Shown: positions 9,597 to 18,098 of the stretch, one piece after another
Position numbering within the stretch: position 1 is the first letter of the stretch
Layout of the letters: each line of letters starts with the position of its first letter
Assembly (NCBI GenBank): GCA_963765495.1
Contig: CAVXWP010000001.1
Location: forward strand, 832,001 to 896,000
DNA: 64,000 bases
Direction of reading: 5' to 3'
Source of the DNA: Blastocatellia bacterium
GTDB lineage: Bacteria; Acidobacteriota; Blastocatellia; UBA7656
Position numbers and translations under genes: made by a program
The notes under the pieces: generated by a model
The model's input: only the letters and a program-made list of their open reading frames with translations
Told to the model about the DNA's origin: nothing
The model's database searches: none

Positions 9597-11798
9597 ATGA
9601 AAATGAATAAGCAGATGACCCGTCTCTTAACGCTGATCTTTGTCTTGAGCAGTTTTCCGGTGATCGGTTACGGTCAATCGAACGGCACATTGCGCGGCAA
9701 GGTTACCCTTGAAACCTCTGGAAAACCGGTTCACGGCGTCATCGTGACAATCCTGCAGTTGAGGCGTTCTGCCGACACTGATGATGATGGAACATACGAA
9801 ATTCAGGATGTTCCACCCGGCACCTATGATGTGACTGCGCATCTGGACCGCGTCCCGGATGTAGTACAGTCGGTGCAGGTCACGGAAGGGACTACCACTG
9901 CCGATTTCCAACTACGCCTCAGAGTCGTTGGCGAACAGGTTAATGTTAGCGCGACGGGCGGAGAAGAGACTTCTTTCAACTCCATTCAGTCCGTCACCTC
10001 GCTAACGGCCTCCGAGATTTCGGAGCGGAATACCCAATCATTGGGCAGTGTTCTGGATCACGAGCCTGGTGTTGCCAAGCGGTCGTTTGGACCTGGTAAC
10101 GAACGACCCGTCATCAGGGGGTTTGACGGTGATCGCGTGTTGGTGCTGGAGGATGGCAACCGGATTGGCGCGCTGGGGTTTCAGTCGGGAGATCACACCG
10201 AGCCAATCGACCTTTTGAGCATCGAGCGACTCGAAGTGGTTAAGGGTCCGGCAACCTTGCTCTACGGTAGCAGTGCAATCGGCGGTGTGGTGAACGCCAT
10301 CTCCGAACACGATGCGGCTCATCCCGGTTTGCGCGGGTACATCACAGCCCTTGGCAGCAGCAACAACTGGCAGGGCGGCGGTGGTGGTGGCATCGAATAC
10401 GGCACCAATTCATGGTTGGTTTGGGGCAACGGCAGCGGCCAGCGCGCCGGCGACTACGATACGCCGATTGGACGGATCACAAACTCTTACACCAAAGAAG
10501 GGGCCGGCGACGGCGGCTTCGCCTACTACCCAGGCAAGTCGTTCTTCAGCGTGGGTTACTCCTTTGACAGGCGGCGCTACGGGATTCCTTTCGATCCGGC
10601 GGAAGAAGAACCGGAGATCGTTTTTCTCAATCCTCGGCGACACGCCATTCGTTTCAATGGTGGCTTCCGCGACCTGGATTCATTCGTCACCGACGCGCTG
10701 TTTTCGCTTCAGTACAACGACTATAAGCACGAAGAGACCAATCCCATCGAGAACGTAGTGAACACCACGTTCAAGAACAAGACGTTCATTTATCGCGGCT
10801 CGTTCGACGAGCGCAAATCCGGCAAATGGTCCGGCACCTTCGGCTTCTGGGGGTTGCGGCGTGATTATAGCTCGCTGGGCGAAGAGGCGTTGGCGCCGCC
10901 GACGATTCACAACGCTTTCGCGGTATTCGCGCTTGAGAAGTTAGACTTTGACCGCATCGGTTTCCAGTTTGGCGGTCGCTTCGAGCACAACGGCTACAAC
11001 CCCGCACAAGGCGTCGTCGAACAAGCCACCCCGCCGCGGTCGTTCAACGGTTTTTCAGGCGCAGTTGGTATGCGCATTCCAACCTGGGAGGGCGGCGCCT
11101 TCGTGGTTAACTACACGCATTCATACCGCGCACCGGCGCTCGAGGAGCTTTACAATTTTGGCCCCCACGGCGGCAACGCCACCTTTGAGATCGGCGACCC
11201 GACATTGAAGCACGAAACGAACGATGGCCTGGATGTATCGCTTCGCCATTCTACCAGCCGGGTTCGCGCCGAACTGAACTACTTTTACTATCACCTGAAA
11301 AACTTCATTTTCCTCGCGCCGACCGGTGAAGTGGAAGACGGACTCATAGAGGCCAACTACGCGCAAGGGAAAACCCGATACACCGGAGCGGAGGCTCGAT
11401 TCGACATCGGGCTGAGCCATAATCTGTGGTTGCTCTCAGGGCTTGACTATGTCAACGCCAAACTGACCGATACAGACACGCCGCTGCCGCGCATTCCGCC
11501 ACTGCGTGGCCGCATCGGATTCGAAGCAACGTATAAGGGTTTGCGCTTCGCCCCGGAAGCCGTGATGTCGAAAGATCAGGATCGGATATTCCCGACCGAG
11601 ACACGAACCGCAGGGTACGCGGTATTCAATGTGAATGCGTCATACATCTTTCCGCACCAGCACTACGCTCAGACTATCTCGGTTACGGCCTTTAACCTTG
11701 GTGATCGCCTGTACCGCAATCACCTGTCGTTCATAAAAGAATTCGCGCCGGAGATAGGGCGAGGTGTCCGGCTGACATATTCGTTGAGATTCTTCTGA
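9597..11798 (+). CDS. TonB-dependent receptor with N-terminal carboxypeptidase-regulatory-like domain (ZnuD-like metal receptor)
   Basis: Signal peptide, RPVIRG..RV plug, EVVKGPATLLYGSSAIGGVVN, GPH loop, PRIPP, C-terminal F; AAGGAG RBS. Confidence 0.88.
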   Translation: MKMNKQMTRLLTLIFVLSSFPVIGYGQSNGTLRGKVTLETSGKPVHGVIVTILQLRRSADTDDDGTYEIQDVPPGTYDVTAHLDRVPDVVQSVQVTEGTTTADFQLRLRVVGEQVNVSATGGEETSFNSIQSVTSLTASEISERNTQSLGSVLDHEPGVAKRSFGPGNERPVIRGFDGDRVLVLEDGNRIGALGFQSGDHTEPIDLLSIERLEVVKGPATLLYGSSAIGGVVNAISEHDAAHPGLRGYITALGSSNNWQGGGGGGIEYGTNSWLVWGNGSGQRAGDYDTPIGRITNSYTKEGAGDGGFAYYPGKSFFSVGYSFDRRRYGIPFDPAEEEPEIVFLNPRRHAIRFNGGFRDLDSFVTDALFSLQYNDYKHEETNPIENVVNTTFKNKTFIYRGSFDERKSGKWSGTFGFWGLRRDYSSLGEEALAPPTIHNAFAVFALEKLDFDRIGFQFGGRFEHNGYNPAQGVVEQATPPRSFNGFSGAVGMRIPTWEGGAFVVNYTHSYRAPALEELYNFGPHGGNATFEIGDPTLKHETNDGLDVSLRHSTSRVRAELNYFYYHLKNFIFLAPTGEVEDGLIEANYAQGKTRYTGAEARFDIGLSHNLWLLSGLDYVNAKLTDTDTPLPRIPPLRGRIGFEATYKGLRFAPEAVMSKDQDRIFPTETRTAGYAVFNVNASYIFPHQHYAQTISVTAFNLGDRLYRNHLSFIKEFAPEIGRGVRLTYSLRFF

Positions 11799-11843
11799 AT
11801 GTTTCAATAGGAAAGCTCACCTCAAATTAAGAACGGATGTGCT

Positions 11844-11887
11844 AGTACTCCTGTTATTGCTCGTTACAATAGCAGGAGTACTTTTTT
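11844..11887 (+). terminator. Rho-independent terminator
   Basis: AGTACTCCTGTTATTG-loop-CAATAGCAGGAGTACT followed by a T-tract. Confidence 0.75.
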
Positions 11888-11920
11888 ATCAATTTTACGG
11901 TTAGACTCAAAGAGGAAGTC

Positions 11921-12670
11921 ATGTCAGCTCGCGGCATATATGCGATTGTAAGCGTCATAGTGGTAAGCGTGATCTCGCTGATCGGAATCGCCTTCATCTC
12001 GATCAGCGATGAGAGAATGAGAAGAATAGACTTCTTCCTGGTCAGCCTGGCAGCGGGTAGTCTTTTCGGCGATGCTTTTATCCATCTATTGCCGGAAGCG
12101 TTTGCGAAGACCGAGACGAGAGTGGAAGTTTCCATATATGTGCTGGCCGGGATATTCGCCTTCTTTATACTGGAAAAATTTCTGCTTTGGCGACACGAGC
12201 ATTCGTTGAAATCCGAGAGTTCCATACACCCTGTCGGCTATATGAACCTGTTTGCCGATGGCGTGCATAACTTGATAGACGGGCTGATTATCGGCGCATC
12301 TTATCTGATCAGTACTCGGGTTGGAATTGCTACTACGCTGGCCGTCATCCTGCACGAGATACCGCAGGAAATAGGTGACTTTGGCGTCTTGATTTACGCC
12401 GGATTCAGCAAGCCTAAGGCTCTGCTGTTCAACTTTCTATCGCCGACATTCGCTGTGGTGGGAACCATCATTGCGCTGCTGGTAGGTTCGAATGTGGCAA
12501 CCTTCACGGCGTTGATGCTGCCACTTGCGGCAGGGGGCTTCATTTACATTGCCGGGTCCGATCTTATACCGGCACTCCAAAAAGAGGTATCAGCATCGAA
12601 TTCGGTGGTGCAACTGATCGCGATGGGAACAGGCGTTGGTATGATGCTCTTACTCATCTTGCTGGAATGA
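11921..12670 (+). CDS. ZIP family zinc/metal transporter
   Basis: DAFIHLLPE, ADGVHNLIDG, HEIPQEIGDF, FIYIAGSDLIP; multiple TM helices. Confidence 0.9.
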   Translation: MSARGIYAIVSVIVVSVISLIGIAFISISDERMRRIDFFLVSLAAGSLFGDAFIHLLPEAFAKTETRVEVSIYVLAGIFAFFILEKFLLWRHEHSLKSESSIHPVGYMNLFADGVHNLIDGLIIGASYLISTRVGIATTLAVILHEIPQEIGDFGVLIYAGFSKPKALLFNFLSPTFAVVGTIIALLVGSNVATFTALMLPLAAGGFIYIAGSDLIPALQKEVSASNSVVQLIAMGTGVGMMLLLILLE

Positions 12671-12966
12671 TACAACCTCGATGAGGAAAGGACGCGCCAC
12701 TTGGTCTGGACAGCTTGGGAAGCTGAATTCTCATCTCCGGTCATTGCCAATTCCGCCCGCCTCCCTGGAATGAGAGAGCAGGATTGAGGGGGTCTATTCT
12801 TCCAAATGCAATGGTGCGTAGGCTTCCGCCATTGGCCGCAAAGAATCACCTGTTGAACTGCCTTTATAGCCCATCCATTGAAAACCGATTTTGCGATTGA
12901 GTCTGCGTGATTAAGCTCTACTCCACTCACTAGTTTCAAGGAATTAATTTCCGCTGCACAAAAGTA

Positions 12967-14031
12967 ATGGCTGATAAGGGCTTATATTCTCAAAGACAGT
13001 TTGACACCCTGAAAAGCTATTCCTCCAGCCTTGCACCTGCCGTCCTGATCCCAGCTTTGTTGATCTCCGCTTTTTTCCTGCTGACATGTGCTGCGCTTTG
13101 CCGACAGAATTCTTTCTCCGGGCAGACTGAAATCGGTAAGAGCGATGAGCACATCAATCCCGATAAGAAGAGAAGTAATCAAACCGATCAGAAGATTCTG
13201 ATTGAGACTGACCTGGTGAACTTGACGGTGACGGTTACAGATTCTCATGGACGATTCATTTCCGGGCTGACGAAAGATCGCTTCCTTGTCTACGATAAAG
13301 GCGTCGAGCAACAAATCGCGCACTTTTCCAATGAGGACTCTCCAGTCTCGCTCGGAATAGTTTTTGACGTATCGCATTCGATGAAGGACCGGATGAAGCA
13401 ATCCGTGCGCGCTCTGAAGCGATTTCTTGAGACCTCACACGCGGATGATGACCTCTTTCTGATTATATTCAATGACAGGGCCAGACTGGCGCAGGATTTC
13501 ACGACCTCTGGCGATCAAATCATCGAGCGTTTGAGACTTACAAAACCGAGCGGCTCGACGGCGCTTTATGACGCTGTCTATCTGGCCATTGAGAAGGTGC
13601 AACAGGGGCGTCATCCGAAGAGAGCCATCCTCATTATCTCCGATGGCGAAGACAATAACAGCCGTTATAACAGCAGTGAACTTCGCGCACGGGTCAGAGA
13701 GGCTGATGTGCAGATTTACGCGATAGGACTTATAGACGCTTTTTCAGAAAATTTTTCATCTTCTATGGATGGGCGCAAACTGCTTGAAGGAATCACCCGG
13801 ATGACCGGAGGCCGCGCTTTCTTTCCAAATGCATACAAGGAGGAACTGCTCGTTGAAATATGCGCGCGAATCGCGCTTGAGCTTAGGTGCCAGTATTCAA
13901 TTGGATTTTACCCAAGCAGCAAAGCTCACGATGGCACCTGGCATAAAATTCAGGTGAAGGTCAAACCGCCAAAAGGTTTTGGACGGGTATCACTGTCGCA
14001 TAGGGAAGGCTATCAATCCATAAAGAGATGA
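12967..14031 (+). CDS. Acidobacterial VWA domain protein
   Basis: LVNLTVTVTD, DVSHS MIDAS motif, TALYDA, ISDGEDN, TGGRAFF, QYSIGFYP. Confidence 0.85.
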   Translation: MADKGLYSQRQFDTLKSYSSSLAPAVLIPALLISAFFLLTCAALCRQNSFSGQTEIGKSDEHINPDKKRSNQTDQKILIETDLVNLTVTVTDSHGRFISGLTKDRFLVYDKGVEQQIAHFSNEDSPVSLGIVFDVSHSMKDRMKQSVRALKRFLETSHADDDLFLIIFNDRARLAQDFTTSGDQIIERLRLTKPSGSTALYDAVYLAIEKVQQGRHPKRAILIISDGEDNNSRYNSSELRARVREADVQIYAIGLIDAFSENFSSSMDGRKLLEGITRMTGGRAFFPNAYKEELLVEICARIALELRCQYSIGFYPSSKAHDGTWHKIQVKVKPPKGFGRVSLSHREGYQSIKR

Positions 14032-14665
14032 TTGCGTACTTCTCACCTTATAAACCAATGTAGTTCTCTTGGAAGCCTTCGGGGGCTATTGACTGGGAGG
14101 ACGCTTCCTGATGCAAGCCTCTGCCTGGAGACTCAGAATGGTAACAGGGCAGCGAGCCTGTGTTCGCTGCCCTGCACTTGCTAAGGAGAATAATTCTCTG
14201 CATTCGGCAAGGAGTCGTAGCGGAGAAATTCACCGCCGCAATAGTATATTGATAAGCGACACAGGTGTGACTGATTTTCAATAAATTGTCGAAGGTGGGA
14301 GGTGAATGGTTTTTATTTCAGGATGGCCGGCATAAAGACGATTTATCACTGTAAGGACTATAACCCTTCGTTTGCAGCGCCGTTCTCCTTAAAAGGAATC
14401 TTACGCCTCGCGCTTCTTCGGCATTCAATTCATTACAGATAGTGTCTCCCGCACTACCATCCGCTTCAGAAGCGTGAGGCGTTCTCTCAACAGATGCATA
14501 AGAGTAACTTCATGGGAAAGGCTGCGTAACTCTTTTTCAATGAGCGGCAGTTAAAGCGGGATCAGAAACCTGAAAGCGGATGTGGATGGTAACGTTGCTG
14601 TTGTTAGCTTGCGATTTTGAAAGCGGGTATCGCAATGAGAAAGAACTGTCTGGTGAAGTCGCTGA

Positions 14666-15442
14666 TTACAACCGCAGTAGTTGCTCGCGCAGTACACGCG
14701 ATTGCAGCCGGCTGACTTGAAGCTGCTGCTCATTGGTCAGAGTGACGATATAGGTCCCGCCCGGCATCGCATTCACTCGCGCAATCATCTCGACATTGGC
14801 TAGCGTTCCGCGACTGAGCCGCACGAAGCGTTGAGGATCAAGCCGGGCTTCGAGGTCTTTCAAACGGTAGGTGATCGTATAGCAGTCCTTTTTTTCAGTA
14901 GTTATTCGCAGCAATTCCCCGTCGGCGACAATGGATGCAATCTGGTTGGTCGAAACAAGCACGATTTCATCGCGCCGACGGATCGGCAGCCGCTCAAGGT
15001 AAGGTGAGCGCGTCGCGGCCTCGTAGTCATCGGTGGCGGCGCGGACTCGGGCAGTCTCCTCCGAGCGGAAGTCTTCGCGTTCCAATCGCTCGTGCGCACG
15101 GTTGAGCGCCTCTCTGAGCCGTGCGCGGTCAACCGGTTTCAGAAGATAATCTACCGCATTCATATCAAACGCCTGCACGGCGTACTCATCGTAAGCGGTG
15201 ACAAAGGCGACAAGCGGCATTCGGTTTTTCTTGAGCAAGCGCACAACACCCAGGCCATCCACTTCCGGCATTTGCAGATCGAGCAACACCAGGTCCGGTC
15301 GCTCGCGCTCGATGATTTCGACCGCTTCTACGCCATTCTCCGCCTCGCCGACGATTTCAACATCCTCAAAAGCGCGCAGCATCGCAGCGAGAAAAGAACG
15401 GGCCGGTCGCTCGTCGTCGGCGATTACTACGCGGAGTTTCAT
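14666..15442 (-). CDS. LytTR family response regulator
   Basis: ADDE, LLDLQMP, FVTAYDEYA, DYLLKP, LytTR domain (RLDPQRFVRLSR). Confidence 0.92.
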   Translation of the reverse strand: MKLRVVIADDERPARSFLAAMLRAFEDVEIVGEAENGVEAVEIIERERPDLVLLDLQMPEVDGLGVVRLLKKNRMPLVAFVTAYDEYAVQAFDMNAVDYLLKPVDRARLREALNRAHERLEREDFRSEETARVRAATDDYEAATRSPYLERLPIRRRDEIVLVSTNQIASIVADGELLRITTEKKDCYTITYRLKDLEARLDPQRFVRLSRGTLANVEMIARVNAMPGGTYIVTLTNEQQLQVSRLQSRVLREQLLRL

Positions 15443-15444
15443 AT

Positions 15445-17532
15445 TTATGCGCGCCTCCTCCGGGTTGCGCTTGTAGACAAGGCTCCTTCACCCGATGGCT
15501 TGATCGAAACGGGCAGCCACGCTTCGACTTTAGTTCCGACGCCGCGCAGACTCTCTATCGCCAGATGCGCGGCAGACCCGTAATAGCATGCGAGGCGCTG
15601 CTCGACATTGGCGATTCCCAGCCCGCGCTTGCGACCATGCGCCATTTCGATCTCGCTCACGCCTGCCCCGGTATCTCGCACGGTTATGCACAATAGCTGT
15701 GTCTCTTCGGACTCGTCGCCTCTATCTTCGATGCGCGCCGAGATGATGACCTCTCCACCTGAGCGATGAGGAGCGATGCCATGCTTGATGGCGTTTTCCA
15801 CCAGAGGCTGGATTAGCAAAGGCGGGATGCGAATCGGAGAGAGGCTCGCAGGCACTTCGATTGAAACCCGCAATCGTTCTTCAAATCTGGCTCGCTCGAT
15901 ATCCAGATAAGATTCGATCAGGGCAATTTCCTCGCCCAGAGCGACAAACTCTCCGCCCGTACGCAAGACGCCGCGCAACAGCTCTGTGAGTCGCATCAAC
16001 GTGCCCAGCGCACGCGCCGGGGCGGTTTGGATCAAGAAACCAATGGTCGTGAGCGCGTTGAAGAGGAAGTGCGGATTGATCTGCGCTCTGAGAGCACGCA
16101 GTTCGGCTTCGGTTGCCAGCTTGCTGATCTCTTGCTCGCGCAGGTTCTGTTCGCATCTTTCGTGCGTGATCCGCAAGCCATCTATCCGGCGCGCGAGGGT
16201 GAAAGCCACTCCCTCAAGCATCGCGAGATCATCCGACAACAACCGTCTCCCGGCAGAAAGCTCGCCGATGATGAGCGTGTAGCGCGGCGGTTCGGTTGTC
16301 GGGATGATTACAATGGCACCGGTGTCGTGCGGGTCCGTCAGTACGATTCGGTCAATTCGATCAATCTGGAATGAACGATTTGCAGCAAGCTCTCCGGCTT
16401 CAAGACTTTGATAAAGAGTAGGAGTTGATCGGGCAAATAACTCTGCGCTTCCTCCACCCGTTTCCGCTTGATCGAGTTTGATCCAATTCATCCCGCGCGA
16501 ACTGAGCGCGGGCGCAAGGCAACTGCAAACTTCATCCAGAATTGCGATGACATCCTCTCTGGTTGCGGTCAGTCGCGTGATCTGCGCGCGCAATTCATCG
16601 TAATCGGGACGTCGCAACACAACCTTATCGACAAAAGCGCCAACGGCCCTGCGTAGCGCCGGGTAGGCGAGCGCCGTCATCACCCACAATCCAAGTAGCG
16701 CGCCCACCGCAAGCGGCTCCGAATGTCTTTCTTCCCCGCCCGATAGGAACTGGCTGGCGACTCCCAGATAGAGGGCAAACGACATCGCGACAAGCACGAC
16801 GAGCGAGAGCGCCCGCTTCAAAAAGATGTCGGCGAGCGCAAACTTGTAATCCTGGTACAGAATCGCGAGCGCCAGCGGCAAAGAAGCATGGTGGCCGATC
16901 AGTTCGACCGGCCACGAATATTGATCGCCTTCGTGATGGCTGAGGTGTAGAGCCGAGACGGCAAATACCGACAGCGCGACAAACCAGAGCACCCGTGACC
17001 GGTCAGGCTGTCGCCGCGTCAACAGCAGCAACGGAATAATCAGAGCGCCGAAACTGAGCGTCAGCAGAAGCAACGCGCGTCGCGACGGGGCCGTATGCTC
17101 AAAGATCGCCGAGTGAAAGTGCAACCCGGAGGCGACCAGGCTCAATAAATAGGCCGCGACGACTAACCATACTTCGTTCTTGCGCTCGGCGGGTCTCTGG
17201 TGGTTTCTGAGGGCGGTATGAACGACGACGGCCGGGAGAAAACCAAGCGCCGTGAAGGCGGTTGCAGTAAGCAGGGGGGGTAACTCGCCAACGCCAAGAT
17301 CACGCAGGCCGTAGGCAGCCAGAGCAACCAGATTCCAGAATAAACCTAAGATGGCAGTGGCCAATGGCAGAAGGTCTTCGGGTAGCGACGACCGCCTCAA
17401 ATCAGTCGGCAAGCTCAAGCCGCGAGAGCTGCGCAGTCCGCGCAAAACCATCACCAGCAACATCGCATATAGCGTCGCGCCGGTAATGAAACCGATTAGA
17501 TTGACCAGAACAGCCGCGTCTCTGGAGGTCAT
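15445..17532 (-). CDS. LytS/YehU-type membrane sensor histidine kinase
   Basis: Multi-TM N-terminus, LRAQINPHFLFNAL, QPLVENAIKHG, DTGAG, GLGIANV. Confidence 0.9.
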   Translation of the reverse strand: MTSRDAAVLVNLIGFITGATLYAMLLVMVLRGLRSSRGLSLPTDLRRSSLPEDLLPLATAILGLFWNLVALAAYGLRDLGVGELPPLLTATAFTALGFLPAVVVHTALRNHQRPAERKNEVWLVVAAYLLSLVASGLHFHSAIFEHTAPSRRALLLLTLSFGALIIPLLLLTRRQPDRSRVLWFVALSVFAVSALHLSHHEGDQYSWPVELIGHHASLPLALAILYQDYKFALADIFLKRALSLVVLVAMSFALYLGVASQFLSGGEERHSEPLAVGALLGLWVMTALAYPALRRAVGAFVDKVVLRRPDYDELRAQITRLTATREDVIAILDEVCSCLAPALSSRGMNWIKLDQAETGGGSAELFARSTPTLYQSLEAGELAANRSFQIDRIDRIVLTDPHDTGAIVIIPTTEPPRYTLIIGELSAGRRLLSDDLAMLEGVAFTLARRIDGLRITHERCEQNLREQEISKLATEAELRALRAQINPHFLFNALTTIGFLIQTAPARALGTLMRLTELLRGVLRTGGEFVALGEEIALIESYLDIERARFEERLRVSIEVPASLSPIRIPPLLIQPLVENAIKHGIAPHRSGGEVIISARIEDRGDESEETQLLCITVRDTGAGVSEIEMAHGRKRGLGIANVEQRLACYYGSAAHLAIESLRGVGTKVEAWLPVSIKPSGEGALSTSATRRRRA

Positions 17533-17757
17533 AATATGCTACTCGTGGTTTGAGAACTATAAAATTGCCGACATCGTTTAACGCCGTCGCAGATTGTAAT
17601 CGCAAAGGCCCTCGGCGGCAACGTACTGCCAACCAATAGGGGTTCTGGACAGATGAATGGATGGGAATTGAGGTTCAGTGGTTATCCAGCCATGCCCAAA
17701 TTAAGCTATGGCAAGCCCTTCCAGTAATTCTTACGTGCGTCGCTTCTAAGACAATGT

Positions 17758-17786
17758 TTGACAAAGCTCTTTTCTTGTGGTTCAAT
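17758..17786 (+). promoter_or_regulatory. Candidate sigma70 promoter of the metalloprotease gene
   Basis: TTGACA-N17-TTCAAT with TG just upstream of the -10. Confidence 0.45.
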
Positions 17787-18098
17787 CGGCCTACCCAAAG
17801 AAGTTCTAATAGCCCCCTGGCAGTACGCAGGAATTATCCGGGCCTCCTTCATTCGGATGTTTACCGAAGTTGGAGGGTTTGTGTTGTCCCGGAGTGGCAG
17901 GCCCCCTCACGAATAAGTACAAGTGTAGTTGAGGGCAAGCAGTGACTGTTTGAGTCGAGAGGCGATACCGGCAATTTCCTCAGGTTTCAAGTATTTTGCC
18001 GCCGGTTCGTGGGAACGCGTCAAGTGCTCTACAGAGTCCAGGCTTGTAAAGCAAAAATAGATCCGGGGCTAGCCGGGTTCCTCATACAGGAGGCAAGT

